Notes under the pieces: model-generated
Database searches by the model: none
The model's input: only the letters and a program-made list of their open reading frames with translations
Told to the model about the DNA's origin: nothing
Made by a program: the position numbers and the translations under genes
In this document: positions 48,300-57,699 of the stretch, piece after piece
Layout: each line of letters begins with the position of its first letter
Numbering within the stretch: the stretch's first letter is position 1
From: Spirochaetota bacterium
GTDB lineage: Bacteria > Spirochaetota > UBA4802 > JAFGDQ01
DNA: 64,000 nucleotides
Reading direction: 5' to 3'
NCBI GenBank assembly: GCA_043803405.1
Contig: JAZDKB010000041.1
Coordinates: forward strand, 1-64,000

Positions 48300-48494
48300 A
48301 TGGATAAACGATACGTTAAAAAGACAATACTTTTAAACCAGGCTTATGTTGATAAAGCAGTTAAATTATTTAATGTAAAAACGGAAAAAGAAGCAGTCAA
48401 CAGAGCATTGGAAATTGCTGTTGAAGAAGAAGAAATAATTAACGCTCACAGGGAAATAAGCGGCGAAGGCACAATTGAAAGAGTGTTTAAATGA
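48300..48494 (+). CDS. VapB-type antitoxin
   Basis: KKTILL..KTEKEAVNRAL RHH-like; AAGAGGT RBS; overlaps the PIN gene. Confidence 0.75.
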   Translation: MDKRYVKKTILLNQAYVDKAVKLFNVKTEKEAVNRALEIAVEEEEIINAHREISGEGTIERVFK

Positions 48495-48904
48495 AAGTCA
48501 TTTTTGATACGAATATCTATATATCGTGGATACGTGATTCAGAATACAGTTATTTAATGCTGAATCAGAATACGCAAAAATATCTTTCATCCATAGTATT
48601 GATGGAACTCTGGGCAGGAACCAAGACAAAAGATTCGGTGCGTTTAATTGAAAAGCTTCAAAGACCATATCTTAAATCCGGACGAATAATTACATTGTCA
48701 ATTAACCACTACATTCAAATCGGACAGATAATATCCGATTTGCCCTCAAAATATAAAAGTAAAATTAATATATCTGGTTTTATTAACGACATTTCAATCG
48801 GGTTAAATGCAGTAACTATTGGAGCCGTTTTGTTTACTGAAAACAAATCCGACTTTTTAATAATCAATGAATATATAAAAACTTTAAAAGTTGAGTTTAT
48901 ATAA
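48491..48904 (+). CDS. VapC PIN-domain toxin
   Basis: IFDTNIYI, LMEL, NDISI, TENKSDF acidic PIN residues. Confidence 0.88.
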   Translation: MKVIFDTNIYISWIRDSEYSYLMLNQNTQKYLSSIVLMELWAGTKTKDSVRLIEKLQRPYLKSGRIITLSINHYIQIGQIISDLPSKYKSKINISGFINDISIGLNAVTIGAVLFTENKSDFLIINEYIKTLKVEFI

Positions 48905-49027
48905 AATTAAATTATAATTCTTATCTGCCGGATTTTTATTTATTTTTTTTCTTATATTATGAATTACCATTTTCCAGGATAAGTAATTACCCGATAGGTT
49001 ATGCATTTTTATATTCAGATATTTATC

Positions 49028-49642
49028 TTAACTCTTTTTCCTGTTACTGCCATCAATAACCCGATAACCCGCATCAAGCAAAGAAACCGGATCGTGTAAG
49101 ATAAATCTTTTCGGATCGCGTATTATATCCCAGTCAAGTTCGCAATACGGGAACCCCTTGGTTGCCCGCCCGAGAGAGATGTGGAGATGCGGAAGTATTT
49201 TTGTCCTTAATTTCCCTGTGCCTGCTATTTCTGAGACAGCCTCTCCCTGCTTAACAAAGCTTCCTTTAACAAGCCCGGATTTCGGTATTACGTGGGCAAG
49301 TATTGTGCAGAACGAACCGCTTACGCCGTTTAAATCATGCTCAATTATAATTGATTTGCCGAGATAATCATCAATAATCCCTGCAATAATACCGTCATAT
49401 ATTGCGGGAATCAGAGTTTTTTCTTTTAGGCGGAAAATATTATCCGACTTATCCCTGTAAAGACATACGTCTACGCCTTCATGATGATTATCCCTGTTTC
49501 CCTTATCCCACCATTTTTCAATTGAACCGTAAAGCATTCCTGGAGCAAAATTCCATTCCTTAACTTCTGCTGCCGGAAGCGAATTTACCTGAGTGAGATA
49601 TTCAGTGAACTTTGTATTTGTAAGCTGTTTTAATAATTCCAC
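49028..49642 (-). CDS. M23 family metallopeptidase-like protein
   Basis: HEGVD, DDYLG.SIIIEH, LAH, PHLH; no signal peptide. Confidence 0.75.
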   Translation of the reverse strand: MELLKQLTNTKFTEYLTQVNSLPAAEVKEWNFAPGMLYGSIEKWWDKGNRDNHHEGVDVCLYRDKSDNIFRLKEKTLIPAIYDGIIAGIIDDYLGKSIIIEHDLNGVSGSFCTILAHVIPKSGLVKGSFVKQGEAVSEIAGTGKLRTKILPHLHISLGRATKGFPYCELDWDIIRDPKRFILHDPVSLLDAGYRVIDGSNRKKS

Positions 49643-49647
49643 TTTTA

Positions 49648-50382
49648 TTACTTCATTTTCCTGATTCGTATTTCCGTGCTGCTGCCTTTTAATAACTTGC
49701 CAAGTATGGAAGTATCTGTATCGCCGAAATGATACGGATACAGTATTTTTGGCTTAAACGCGTTAGCCGCATCCGCGACCATTTCCGGAGTCATGGTATA
49801 AGGCAGATTCATCGGCAAAAACGCGACATCGATATTCTTAAGCGATTTTAACTCCGGGGTATTTTCCGTATCCCCGGCTACATAAACACGCTTGTCCCCG
49901 ATGGTCATTACATAACCGTTGCCATCGCTTTTAGGATGAAAAAGCTGGCCGTCATTGCGCTTATGTATAATATTATATGCAGGTACTGCTTCTATTTTAA
50001 TGCCCAGCATGGTTTTAACATCCCCGTTATTCATTACTGTTCCGCCTGGAATTTTAGCAGCGCACTTCTTTGTATAAACGATCGCTGTGTTATCAGTGCG
50101 TATTTTTTTTAAAGCAGCAGGGTCCATGTGATCAGAATGATCGTGCGTAAATAAAACCATATCCGCTTTCGGAAGCTTTGTATAGTCCCCCTCATCGCCG
50201 CATGGATCGATGTGAATTATTTTACCGTTAATCTTAAACATTAAAGAAGCATGGCCGATAAAAGTGATCTCAAGATCGCCGGAAGATGTTTTTATAATAT
50301 CCTTTTCCATTGCTTCCAGGCTAACAGATTTAGCCATTCCGAGAATTGCAAATAACATTAATGCCAATACTATTTTTATCAT
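49648..50382 (-). CDS. Exported MBL-fold metallo-hydrolase
   Basis: GHASL, THDHSDH, VPAYN, AGDT, PYH. Confidence 0.88.
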   Translation of the reverse strand: MIKIVLALMLFAILGMAKSVSLEAMEKDIIKTSSGDLEITFIGHASLMFKINGKIIHIDPCGDEGDYTKLPKADMVLFTHDHSDHMDPAALKKIRTDNTAIVYTKKCAAKIPGGTVMNNGDVKTMLGIKIEAVPAYNIIHKRNDGQLFHPKSDGNGYVMTIGDKRVYVAGDTENTPELKSLKNIDVAFLPMNLPYTMTPEMVADAANAFKPKILYPYHFGDTDTSILGKLLKGSSTEIRIRKMK

Positions 50383-50518
50383 ACAGTCCTCCTGAATTAT
50401 TGTTTAAAGTAAAGTTATTAACAAATCCGTTAGAATAAATATTGCCGGGAAATAATTTAAATTATGCTAAACGACCAAGCTTTCAAATGTCAAGATCAAT
50501 TCAAACCGGCAAAATAAG

Positions 50519-50734
50519 TCATTCATTATTCCGCAGCGAGTTAATAGCTTCAATAATTCTTGCCAGCAGGTAAAGCACAAGGGAGCAGAAAATTCCCTTA
50601 GCCAGAATGTACCATGCTATGCTCTCGTTTTCAAATTTTCCTGCAAATACTCCGTTACCAAGCAAAAATGAATAGAAACAAATAATAAAAACTACAATTG
50701 AGGCAATAATTACAGTTTTTTTTAAAATAAGCAT
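50519..50734 (-). CDS. Small two-TM membrane protein
   Basis: Two hydrophobic helices; AAGGAG RBS; co-oriented in the operon. Confidence 0.6.
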   Translation of the reverse strand: MLILKKTVIIASIVVFIICFYSFLLGNGVFAGKFENESIAWYILAKGIFCSLVLYLLARIIEAINSLRNNE

Positions 50735-50767
50735 TTTTACTTCTCCTTTGATTTGTATTTTAATTTT

Positions 50768-51130
50768 TTACAATTCAGGAGCCTTTGAAGGCACCAGACA
50801 AACAAATACCAGTAAATCTTTTCCCGTATTTTTAATTTGATGCTCTTCATCAGAAGGCATAAAAACAGTATCCCCTGTTTTAAAGTTATGCCACTGCCCG
50901 TTATTGTATATTTCTCCCTTCCCTGAATGAACAAACATTTCATGCTCCCAGTCATGTGCGTGCCTGCGAGTAAATCCTCCGGGCGCGATCTCAAATACGC
51001 GCATGCAGAAATTCCCGGCGCCGTCGCTTTTTCCTATTATGACGCGTCCTGCAACTCCTTTCATATCCTCGCTCTCAAAATTAACAGGCTTGATCTCACT
51101 ATATTCCTTAATTCTCATGTTATTCTCCAA
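50768..51130 (-). CDS. Cupin domain protein
   Basis: PGG.T..HAHDWEHE...G.G, GD.VF.P...HQ..N.G. Confidence 0.9.
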   Translation of the reverse strand: MENNMRIKEYSEIKPVNFESEDMKGVAGRVIIGKSDGAGNFCMRVFEIAPGGFTRRHAHDWEHEMFVHSGKGEIYNNGQWHNFKTGDTVFMPSDEEHQIKNTGKDLLVFVCLVPSKAPEL

Positions 51131-51141
51131 AAAAATAATTA

Positions 51142-51759
51142 TTAATCTCCCACATAATAACCGTACTCTTTTGCGTTTATGTTCGTCCTCTTTTCATTGC
51201 CTATAGTTGAGCTTTTAGTGCGCCCGTAGTCATGCCCGGGCCAAACAACAGTATCATCCGGAAGCTTCATCAGCATTCTTATGGAAGCTCCCAGAGTAGG
51301 CCTGTGCCCTCCCGGAAGGTCTGTGCGGCCGCTGTCGCCAACAAAAAGAGTGTCGCCTGTAAAAAGCTGGCCCTGTGCGTAAAGGCAAAGCCCGCCCGGG
51401 CTGTGCCCCGGAGTATGAAATACCTGAAAATCAATATTACCTAATCTGAATGTCTTTTCATCCGTAATGCGAATATCCGCCTTTGCTTCACGGCTTACGC
51501 GGTCATCCTCAAGGGCATGCATCACTATTTTTGCTCCTGTCAGCTTTTTAAGCGCGGCATTATCGTAAGTATGATCCCAGTGATGATGAGTATTAAAGAT
51601 ATATTTTATGTTCAGGTTTTCTTTCTTTGCCCTTGCTGCCAAAAGATCCGCGCCACCGCCCGGATCAATTACCATAGCATCCCTGGTCTTTTCGCATCCG
51701 ACAATATAGCAAAACACATCCATTGATCCGACCAAGAGCTGTATTATAATCATAGACAT
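51142..51759 (-). CDS. MBL-fold hydrolase, glyoxalase II-like
   Basis: IDPG, THHHWDH, HTPGHSPG, FTGDTLF, GRTDL, PGHDYG. Confidence 0.9.
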   Translation of the reverse strand: MSMIIIQLLVGSMDVFCYIVGCEKTRDAMVIDPGGGADLLAARAKKENLNIKYIFNTHHHWDHTYDNAALKKLTGAKIVMHALEDDRVSREAKADIRITDEKTFRLGNIDFQVFHTPGHSPGGLCLYAQGQLFTGDTLFVGDSGRTDLPGGHRPTLGASIRMLMKLPDDTVVWPGHDYGRTKSSTIGNEKRTNINAKEYGYYVGD

Positions 51760-51792
51760 CCCCCAATGAAAATCTGTTAAATATTGTTTCTT

Positions 51793-52686
51793 TTATTTCC
51801 ATGGCAAACCCGGCGCCAGTTTTAAACATTCGTTAACACACGAACTTACGCATTGTTCGCAAAGAATGCAGCTCCTGTTGTTTATCCTTTTCCTGTTTTT
51901 CACGAAACTGCTTACATCTATCATCATAGGACAGGCATTATTACATTTGCCGCATTCAATGCATTTATCCGCATTTGCAGGCGCGATTTTAAAAATTGAA
52001 TATTTTGAAAATACGCCTGATATCGTAATAAACGGACAAAGCATTCTGCAATAGGCGCGCCTGCCCCAGATATACGACAAACCGAATCCTGCTGCCAACA
52101 AAAAAATATTTTCTCCGATTATCCACCATATCCTTTGATTTTCGTCCAGAGCCGGGTTCCTGTAATGAGCAACAGCAACTGCCAGTATTATTATAAATAA
52201 CAGATACCCGGATGCCGTATAAACGGATCTGTGTTTTTTGGTTCCTGCTTTTGGCAGCAGGCTTTGCGAAAGCTCAAACACAGCGCCGTCCCAGCAAACC
52301 CTGGAACAAAAAGCATTCCCTACAACAAAGGGCATAATGAGCCTTGCAATGATGAACTGGATCAACGCGCCTGTAACAACCAATGCCATAATATCGAAAA
52401 TAACTTCAGAAAACTGAAAATTGACTCTGAAATTAATGGATATACCGAAGAACAGGCCGCCTCCTACCAGCCCCTGAATAATCCTGCGAAGGATTTGTTT
52501 ATGCTGGGAAAAAATAATTATTATTATTTCGCCCAGAGCCACCATAAAGCCCATTCCGAAGAACAGGAAAAAATACTGCGGCTTCTGCTTGTAAGCATAT
52601 ACCCCAAGCCCGAGCATTGAAAATATAATAATAAGAACTACCGGAAGCAGGAATTTATTTATTATTTGCGTGATTTTTAAAGTCAT
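51793..52686 (-). CDS. Membrane 4Fe-4S binding protein (NapH/YccM-like)
   Basis: TM helices, FCSRVCW, YCRMLCP, CIECGKCNNACP and CILCEQCVSSC ferredoxin motifs. Confidence 0.85.
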   Translation of the reverse strand: MTLKITQIINKFLLPVVLIIIFSMLGLGVYAYKQKPQYFFLFFGMGFMVALGEIIIIIFSQHKQILRRIIQGLVGGGLFFGISINFRVNFQFSEVIFDIMALVVTGALIQFIIARLIMPFVVGNAFCSRVCWDGAVFELSQSLLPKAGTKKHRSVYTASGYLLFIIILAVAVAHYRNPALDENQRIWWIIGENIFLLAAGFGLSYIWGRRAYCRMLCPFITISGVFSKYSIFKIAPANADKCIECGKCNNACPMMIDVSSFVKNRKRINNRSCILCEQCVSSCVNECLKLAPGLPWK

Positions 52687-52714
52687 GGTTTACGACTGCC
52701 AGCAGCTTATTATT

Positions 52715-53458
52715 CTATTTGCTGCTTAATTTTCCCAGGTTCAGGATAGCATCAAAAAGCCTGGTCCATGTATCCCAGTCATGTCCGCCGGATAAAGTAA
52801 AAAGCCGGTCATTCGGAAGCATCTGCGCAAGCAAATCATCCCCATAGGCAAATTCATCCTCCATACCGTATCCTAAAATAAGTTTTGGAAGATTTTTATT
52901 CTCTAAAGAATAATTTCTGAGCCACACCCAAAGCCCGCGCTGATAATCGCCTTTTGCTATAGCTTCTTTCGGCGTCCATTTTGCCGGCCCGCCGGACGCC
53001 TTTATTTCATCAATAACATCCTTATCTCCCACAAAAGGAGCAATTGCAATTATTCCATTAATTGTTTCGCCTTTATCCTTGCCATACCATAATGCTCCTA
53101 AACCGCCCATTGAAACCCCCAATATCCAGATAGTTTCATAGCCGTTCAGCTTTGCGGGTTTAACAATGTCTTCATATAAACGGACAACCAGGTTTTCCTT
53201 ATAATAATAGCCAAGATGAGCATCTACTACTACAGCATCGAATCCGGTTCCTGTATCCTTAAGCCTCTGGATGAATCCGTGCTTAATAAAAGCATCTGTT
53301 TTCTCGCTTCTGCCTGGGAGCATAATCAAAAGGCTTTTTGACTTATCTTTGCCTGTTAAATAATGAATTGAATCAATCGGTGTCCTGGCTGAAAAAAGAA
53401 ACGAACAGTTTAACAGAAAAAGACATAACAGGCATATTATTCTTATTAAATTCTTCAT
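52715..53458 (-). CDS. Exported alpha/beta hydrolase (esterase)
   Basis: LPGR, GVSMGG nucleophile elbow, GGHDW. Confidence 0.85.
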   Translation of the reverse strand: MKNLIRIICLLCLFLLNCSFLFSARTPIDSIHYLTGKDKSKSLLIMLPGRSEKTDAFIKHGFIQRLKDTGTGFDAVVVDAHLGYYYKENLVVRLYEDIVKPAKLNGYETIWILGVSMGGLGALWYGKDKGETINGIIAIAPFVGDKDVIDEIKASGGPAKWTPKEAIAKGDYQRGLWVWLRNYSLENKNLPKLILGYGMEDEFAYGDDLLAQMLPNDRLFTLSGGHDWDTWTRLFDAILNLGKLSSK

Positions 53459-53491
53459 TATTTTTTCTTCCTGTGAAATAATATTGTATGA

Positions 53492-53974
53492 TTATTTTAT
53501 TTTTTTCCGCATTTGCTCTCTGAAAGTCTCATAACCCAGCTCCTGCCAGCAGTTTTTTCCTGTAATATTATTATTAATAACATTCAAATCAACGTAGGTA
53601 ATATTTTTACTTTTAAAAAATTCAATCATTCTGTTTTCGAGCAATTTCATTAAACCTTTCTTGCGGTAACCATGTTTAATGAAAGCGCCGGATATATAAC
53701 CAACCCTGGGAATATTGGATAAAGGCAAAAAATTTGACTGGATTTGCCCGCTTATGAACCCCACAGGCTTTTCATCATCTAATGCAATAAATGCTGCAGA
53801 GTTATCATCTTCAAGTATTTCCGTCAGTAAAATTCTTGTATTTTCAATCTGAAGATTATTTACCTGATAATAAAGATCATTTGTCTCCTTCTTGATTTCA
53901 CACACAAGGTCGTTAAATAATCCTGCAACCTGATCGATGTATTTTACTCTTAAATCTTCAATAATTATTCCCAT
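53492..53974 (-). CDS. GNAT family N-acetyltransferase
   Basis: YRKKGLMK acetyl-CoA motif, N..G...W..LGY. Confidence 0.85.
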   Translation of the reverse strand: MGIIIEDLRVKYIDQVAGLFNDLVCEIKKETNDLYYQVNNLQIENTRILLTEILEDDNSAAFIALDDEKPVGFISGQIQSNFLPLSNIPRVGYISGAFIKHGYRKKGLMKLLENRMIEFFKSKNITYVDLNVINNNITGKNCWQELGYETFREQMRKKIK

Positions 53975-54060
53975 AACATATAACCTCTGGTCAAAGATTA
54001 ACCCTACAGGGTTTTAGCACAAATATTTTATTAGAACTCATCTTAAAAATAAATGAATCC

Positions 54061-54103
54061 TCCTCACAGCAGAGCTGCAGTGAATTAAACCCAAGGAGAT
54101 TAG
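54061..54103. repeat. IS200/IS605-end-like hairpin remnant
   Basis: CTCACAGC-AGA-GCTGCAGTGAATTAAACCCAAGGAGATTA resembles subterminal hairpin ends of HUH-transposase elements; no transposase nearby. Confidence 0.35.
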
Positions 54104-54254
54104 AAAATAAACAATTATTGAAATCAAAAGTTACGGAAAGCGTTATTAATTAATGCAGAATGCGAAATCCCAGAAAGCTCAGTTGTTCTTTATAAAAACA
54201 CTTTCAGAAAATATAGAAGTCCGGTTTACTCACTTTAAAACTTCTGAAAAGGGC

Positions 54255-54279
54255 ACAGGGTGCCGAACCAGCACTCTGT
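54255..54279 (-). terminator. Probable terminator hairpin downstream of rsmG
   Basis: ACAGGGTGC-N7-GCACTCTGT; weak T tract. Confidence 0.4.
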
Positions 54280-54308
54280 TAAAAATATTATTTATAATTT
54301 TTCTTTAA

Positions 54309-55043
54309 TCAACCATTATTTTGTATTTTCTCTGCTTCTCTTTTAATTATAGGGTATTTACGCGGATATTTCCGAGGAGTGTTCTTTGTTTTCATAAAGC
54401 ATAAACCTGTTTCTGAAAGATGTATTTCTTTCATCTGCTTATGCGACATAATATTCAAACCTAGCTTTTCGGCATGTCCGCGAGTTTGTTCAGGGATTTG
54501 ATCCGGCTGCATTGCGGAATAAACGTACAGGCAGCCCTTCAGCTTAACAAACGGCGCCGCGAGTTCAAGGACTATATGCAGTTTTCCGAACGCCCGTGCA
54601 AAACACCAGCCGTACCGCTCCCTTTGATCCGCACCTGCTGCCAGCTCTTCCGCCCTGCCGCATATAACCTCAATTTTATCCAGCTTCAGTTCGTCCGTAA
54701 CACTTTTAATAAAGTCCGCCTTTTTCTGGCTGGACTCTATCAATACGCCCGAAAGATTATTGAAGAACAGGGCGAGAGGTATGCCTGGTATTCCGGCGCC
54801 AGACCCGATATCGGCGAATTTTGTTCCACGTGGAACAATTATGTCGCATACCGGTTCTATGCTTCCCAGAATGAGTCCGGTCAATATTCCCGGGCAGGTT
54901 TTAAGCCCGGTCAGGTTGAACTTCTGGTTTGCCGAATGGATCATATCTGCGAACCGGATCATTTTTTCTTCGATAAGTGAATCAATGGTTATATTCCGGG
55001 AGTTTTTCCAGTCCCGGATTATGTCACGTTCCACATGGAACAT
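54309..55043 (-). CDS. rsmG: 16S rRNA m7G527 methyltransferase
   Basis: FNLTG, DIGSGAGIPGIPLA, LIES..KK..F, GRAEE, ARAF, TP.KYPR; GGAGG RBS before ATG 55043. Confidence 0.92.
   Translation of the reverse strand: MFHVERDIIRDWKNSRNITIDSLIEEKMIRFADMIHSANQKFNLTGLKTCPGILTGLILGSIEPVCDIIVPRGTKFADIGSGAGIPGIPLALFFNNLSGVLIESSQKKADFIKSVTDELKLDKIEVICGRAEELAAGADQRERYGWCFARAFGKLHIVLELAAPFVKLKGCLYVYSAMQPDQIPEQTRGHAEKLGLNIMSHKQMKEIHLSETGLCFMKTKNTPRKYPRKYPIIKREAEKIQNNG
54822..54837. promoter_or_regulatory. parS centromere-like site (perfect palindrome) inside rsmG
   Basis: TGTTCCACGTGGAACA matches the bacterial parS consensus. Confidence 0.85.
55027..55042. promoter_or_regulatory. Second, imperfect parS site at the rsmG start
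   Basis: CGTTCCACATGGAACA, two changes from the perfect site; encodes MFHVE. Confidence 0.65.
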
Positions 55044-55080
55044 TTTTGCCTCCGCAGCCACACTAAAAGTAAATTTTACT

Positions 55081-55239
55081 ATGAGTACATCCCAAAGCCA
55101 CTTTACTAATTTTTAATTTCCGGACATATCCTGAATACTTTTAATTTTCGAGGACTGTCTGAGGCCGAAGGCCGAGTTCCGCAGAAAATTAAAAGTACGC
55201 AGGAATACATGCTGTAAAAGGGTTTTGGGACGCACTCAT
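55081..55239. mobile_element. Complete ~160-bp MITE-like element with nested inverted repeats
   Basis: Terminal IR 55081-55099 / 55221-55239 (16/19 match); inner IR 55129-55149 / 55184-55204 (19/21); core GAGGACTGTCTGAGGCCGAAGGCCGAGTTCCGCAG. Confidence 0.7.
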
Positions 55240-55531
55240 AATTAAATAAAATTAAATTACAAATATAATGTCTATTGTTTTTTAGCATTATTGCGTTTAT
55301 CAGACAGCCGGAATAATAAACCATTACAGGAATATGCGCAATCAAATAGAAATCCGGATGCCTGACGACATTAAAGCCGTTTAACTTTTTACGGCATTTT
55401 TATATGGAGATACGTTTACTAAATACGATTCAGCTTAAAATTTGCCCTTAATTCAGACAAATACTTGACTAATGAAAAAATAATTTATAATTTTCCGTGT
55501 ATATAAATTCTAAAACTAATTCGGTGATAAC

Positions 55532-57682
55532 TTGATAAACCTTGAAAATACATCAATCGGCCTCGCGATTGCGGCCTGTATTTATTTTGCATTTAGTAAT
55601 ATAATAAAATGTTACATAGAAAACATATTATTTACTCTTGCCAATATTGCTTTTGCAGCAATGCTTTTTATTTATTTGTATCTTTCATTATATCACGACA
55701 GCGCCGATTTAACCGCTTTCAGCAGGTATTTTATCGCCCTTCCGGTAATTATATTACAGGTTGTTTTTTTAATTCTGCAAATATACCCTGCATGGGAGAA
55801 AAGACCGCGTACAGTATTTATAATTATGCCGCAAATTCCGGGCCTGGCTTTAGCAGGCCTCGTTATTTTTACAGATCTCATAATATCAAAGATGGCATTT
55901 ACCGATTCGCTTACTTATAGTTATGGCCCATTTGTTTTTATTTACATTATCATTACAGGATTGTATATTCTGGGTCTTCATTTATCCTTTCTTTTTAAAG
56001 CAAGACATTTTGAGAATGCATCATTCAAAAAACAGCTTCTGCCGTTTCAGGCTGGTCTGCTGGCCGGAACGGCAATTGTTATCTTCTTTTTAGTAGTTCT
56101 CCCGTTTTATTTCGATATCCACAATTATCAAAAATTCAGTCTCGCAGGCAGCTATTTTTTGCAGCTACAGTTAAACTATTCCCTGTCTCATGACAAACAA
56201 ATAGATTTTAAAAAATTTTATCTGAAGGTTCTGTTCAGATTCATGCTTATATTAGTATTATTTATCCCCACGTATTTTTTCATTGAATATTTTATTAATT
56301 CCGAACTGATAAAAAATAACATACTGCTATTCAGCGGAACAATCCTGTTCCCTTTCCTGTTTATCATTATTTACAGATATCTGAAACCTGTTGCCGGCAA
56401 TGTAATAAATAAAATGAACAGGACGCTTAAAGATAATTTCAACAGCATTTTCCGCAATATGTCGGAACTGTCAGAAATGAAAAAACAAAAAATGGACTGG
56501 GATAATTTTTTTAGCAAAGGAATAAATGAAGTCTTTGGAATACTCAATATTGAAAAGGCTTCATTCTTTCTTTTAAACGAAGAATTAAAAATATTTGAGC
56601 TTGTACATACTTATAATGAGAACAGCGATTTTACCGACATAAGCGAAAATGACGTACTTATTTCATTCTTCAGAAATAGAAATCAGGTAATAGAAAAATA
56701 TCAGCTCTACACAGACAGGGAACTGGAAAAGCATAAAAATATCCTTCTGGATTTTTTTAATAAAAACGATATATCCGCAATTCTGCCTGTTTTTTCATAC
56801 ACTAAAAAACTGCTTGGGCTTATAACTCTCGGAAGCCTTGCAGGCAAAAAAAATTATTCTGCCGATTTTTTATCGTATCTCGATAATTACAGGATACAGT
56901 TTTCGTCTTTGCTTGAGAATCTTCTATTCTCAGAAGAAATAAGAAAAACCCAGGTAATAAAGCGCGATAAAATGATCGTTACAAATATAAAAAAAAGAAT
57001 TATTCCTGCTAATTTTAAAAATATTGAAGGATTAAAAATCAGCTCGCTTTATATTAATAATTCCGAATTTGGGGGCGACTTTTTCGATTCAAGCAAGGTA
57101 CGGAACGATAAAATGGGAATTTTCACTGCAAATGCATCCGATCTGGGGGTAGAATCCGCTTTGCTTATTTTGCAAATGAGCAGTGTCTTTCATGCTCAGG
57201 CCAGCATGCACGAAGCTCCGGAAGGCCTTCTAAATACCTTAAACCAGGTTCTGTGCACCTCACGTTTCACGGAAAAGTATGCTACGGCAATTTATTTAAT
57301 ATATAACTCGGTTTCAAAAGAAATCGCTTTTTCAAACGCCGCTTTCAATCCACTTATTATTTTTAATCCCAAGAAAGAAAACTTTGCCGAATTCGATGTG
57401 GAAGGCATTCCGCTTGGTATAGATAAATCATTCCGGTATAAGCATACAACCCTGCTTGCTCCTCCGGATACGATTGGTCTTTGTTGCTCTCAGGGTATAT
57501 CAACTGCTATTGATAAAAATGGAAATAATTATTCGATAAGCAGAATTAAAGACCTTATAAGGATTAATAGGAACAGCGATCCATCTGTGCTTGTAAGGGT
57601 AATATATGACGATTTTAATTCTTTTACAGCAGACACAAAACTGATAAATGACATCACATTAATTGTTTTTAAAACAGCCTGA
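55532..57682 (+). CDS. Multi-TM sensor with GAF and degenerate SpoIIE/PP2C phosphatase domain
   Basis: About 9 TM helices, GAF-like region, GGDFFD, SNAAFNP, GIPLG, DITLIV; TTG start. Confidence 0.8.
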   Translation: MINLENTSIGLAIAACIYFAFSNIIKCYIENILFTLANIAFAAMLFIYLYLSLYHDSADLTAFSRYFIALPVIILQVVFLILQIYPAWEKRPRTVFIIMPQIPGLALAGLVIFTDLIISKMAFTDSLTYSYGPFVFIYIIITGLYILGLHLSFLFKARHFENASFKKQLLPFQAGLLAGTAIVIFFLVVLPFYFDIHNYQKFSLAGSYFLQLQLNYSLSHDKQIDFKKFYLKVLFRFMLILVLFIPTYFFIEYFINSELIKNNILLFSGTILFPFLFIIIYRYLKPVAGNVINKMNRTLKDNFNSIFRNMSELSEMKKQKMDWDNFFSKGINEVFGILNIEKASFFLLNEELKIFELVHTYNENSDFTDISENDVLISFFRNRNQVIEKYQLYTDRELEKHKNILLDFFNKNDISAILPVFSYTKKLLGLITLGSLAGKKNYSADFLSYLDNYRIQFSSLLENLLFSEEIRKTQVIKRDKMIVTNIKKRIIPANFKNIEGLKISSLYINNSEFGGDFFDSSKVRNDKMGIFTANASDLGVESALLILQMSSVFHAQASMHEAPEGLLNTLNQVLCTSRFTEKYATAIYLIYNSVSKEIAFSNAAFNPLIIFNPKKENFAEFDVEGIPLGIDKSFRYKHTTLLAPPDTIGLCCSQGISTAIDKNGNNYSISRIKDLIRINRNSDPSVLVRVIYDDFNSFTADTKLINDITLIVFKTA

Positions 57683-57699
57683 AATTCCGGTAAAGATAT

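Noticed and set aside
47194..48904. WYL plus VapBC as a defence island
   Set aside because: The WYL protein is YafY-type with its own downstream operon, and VapBC is divergent and separately promoted
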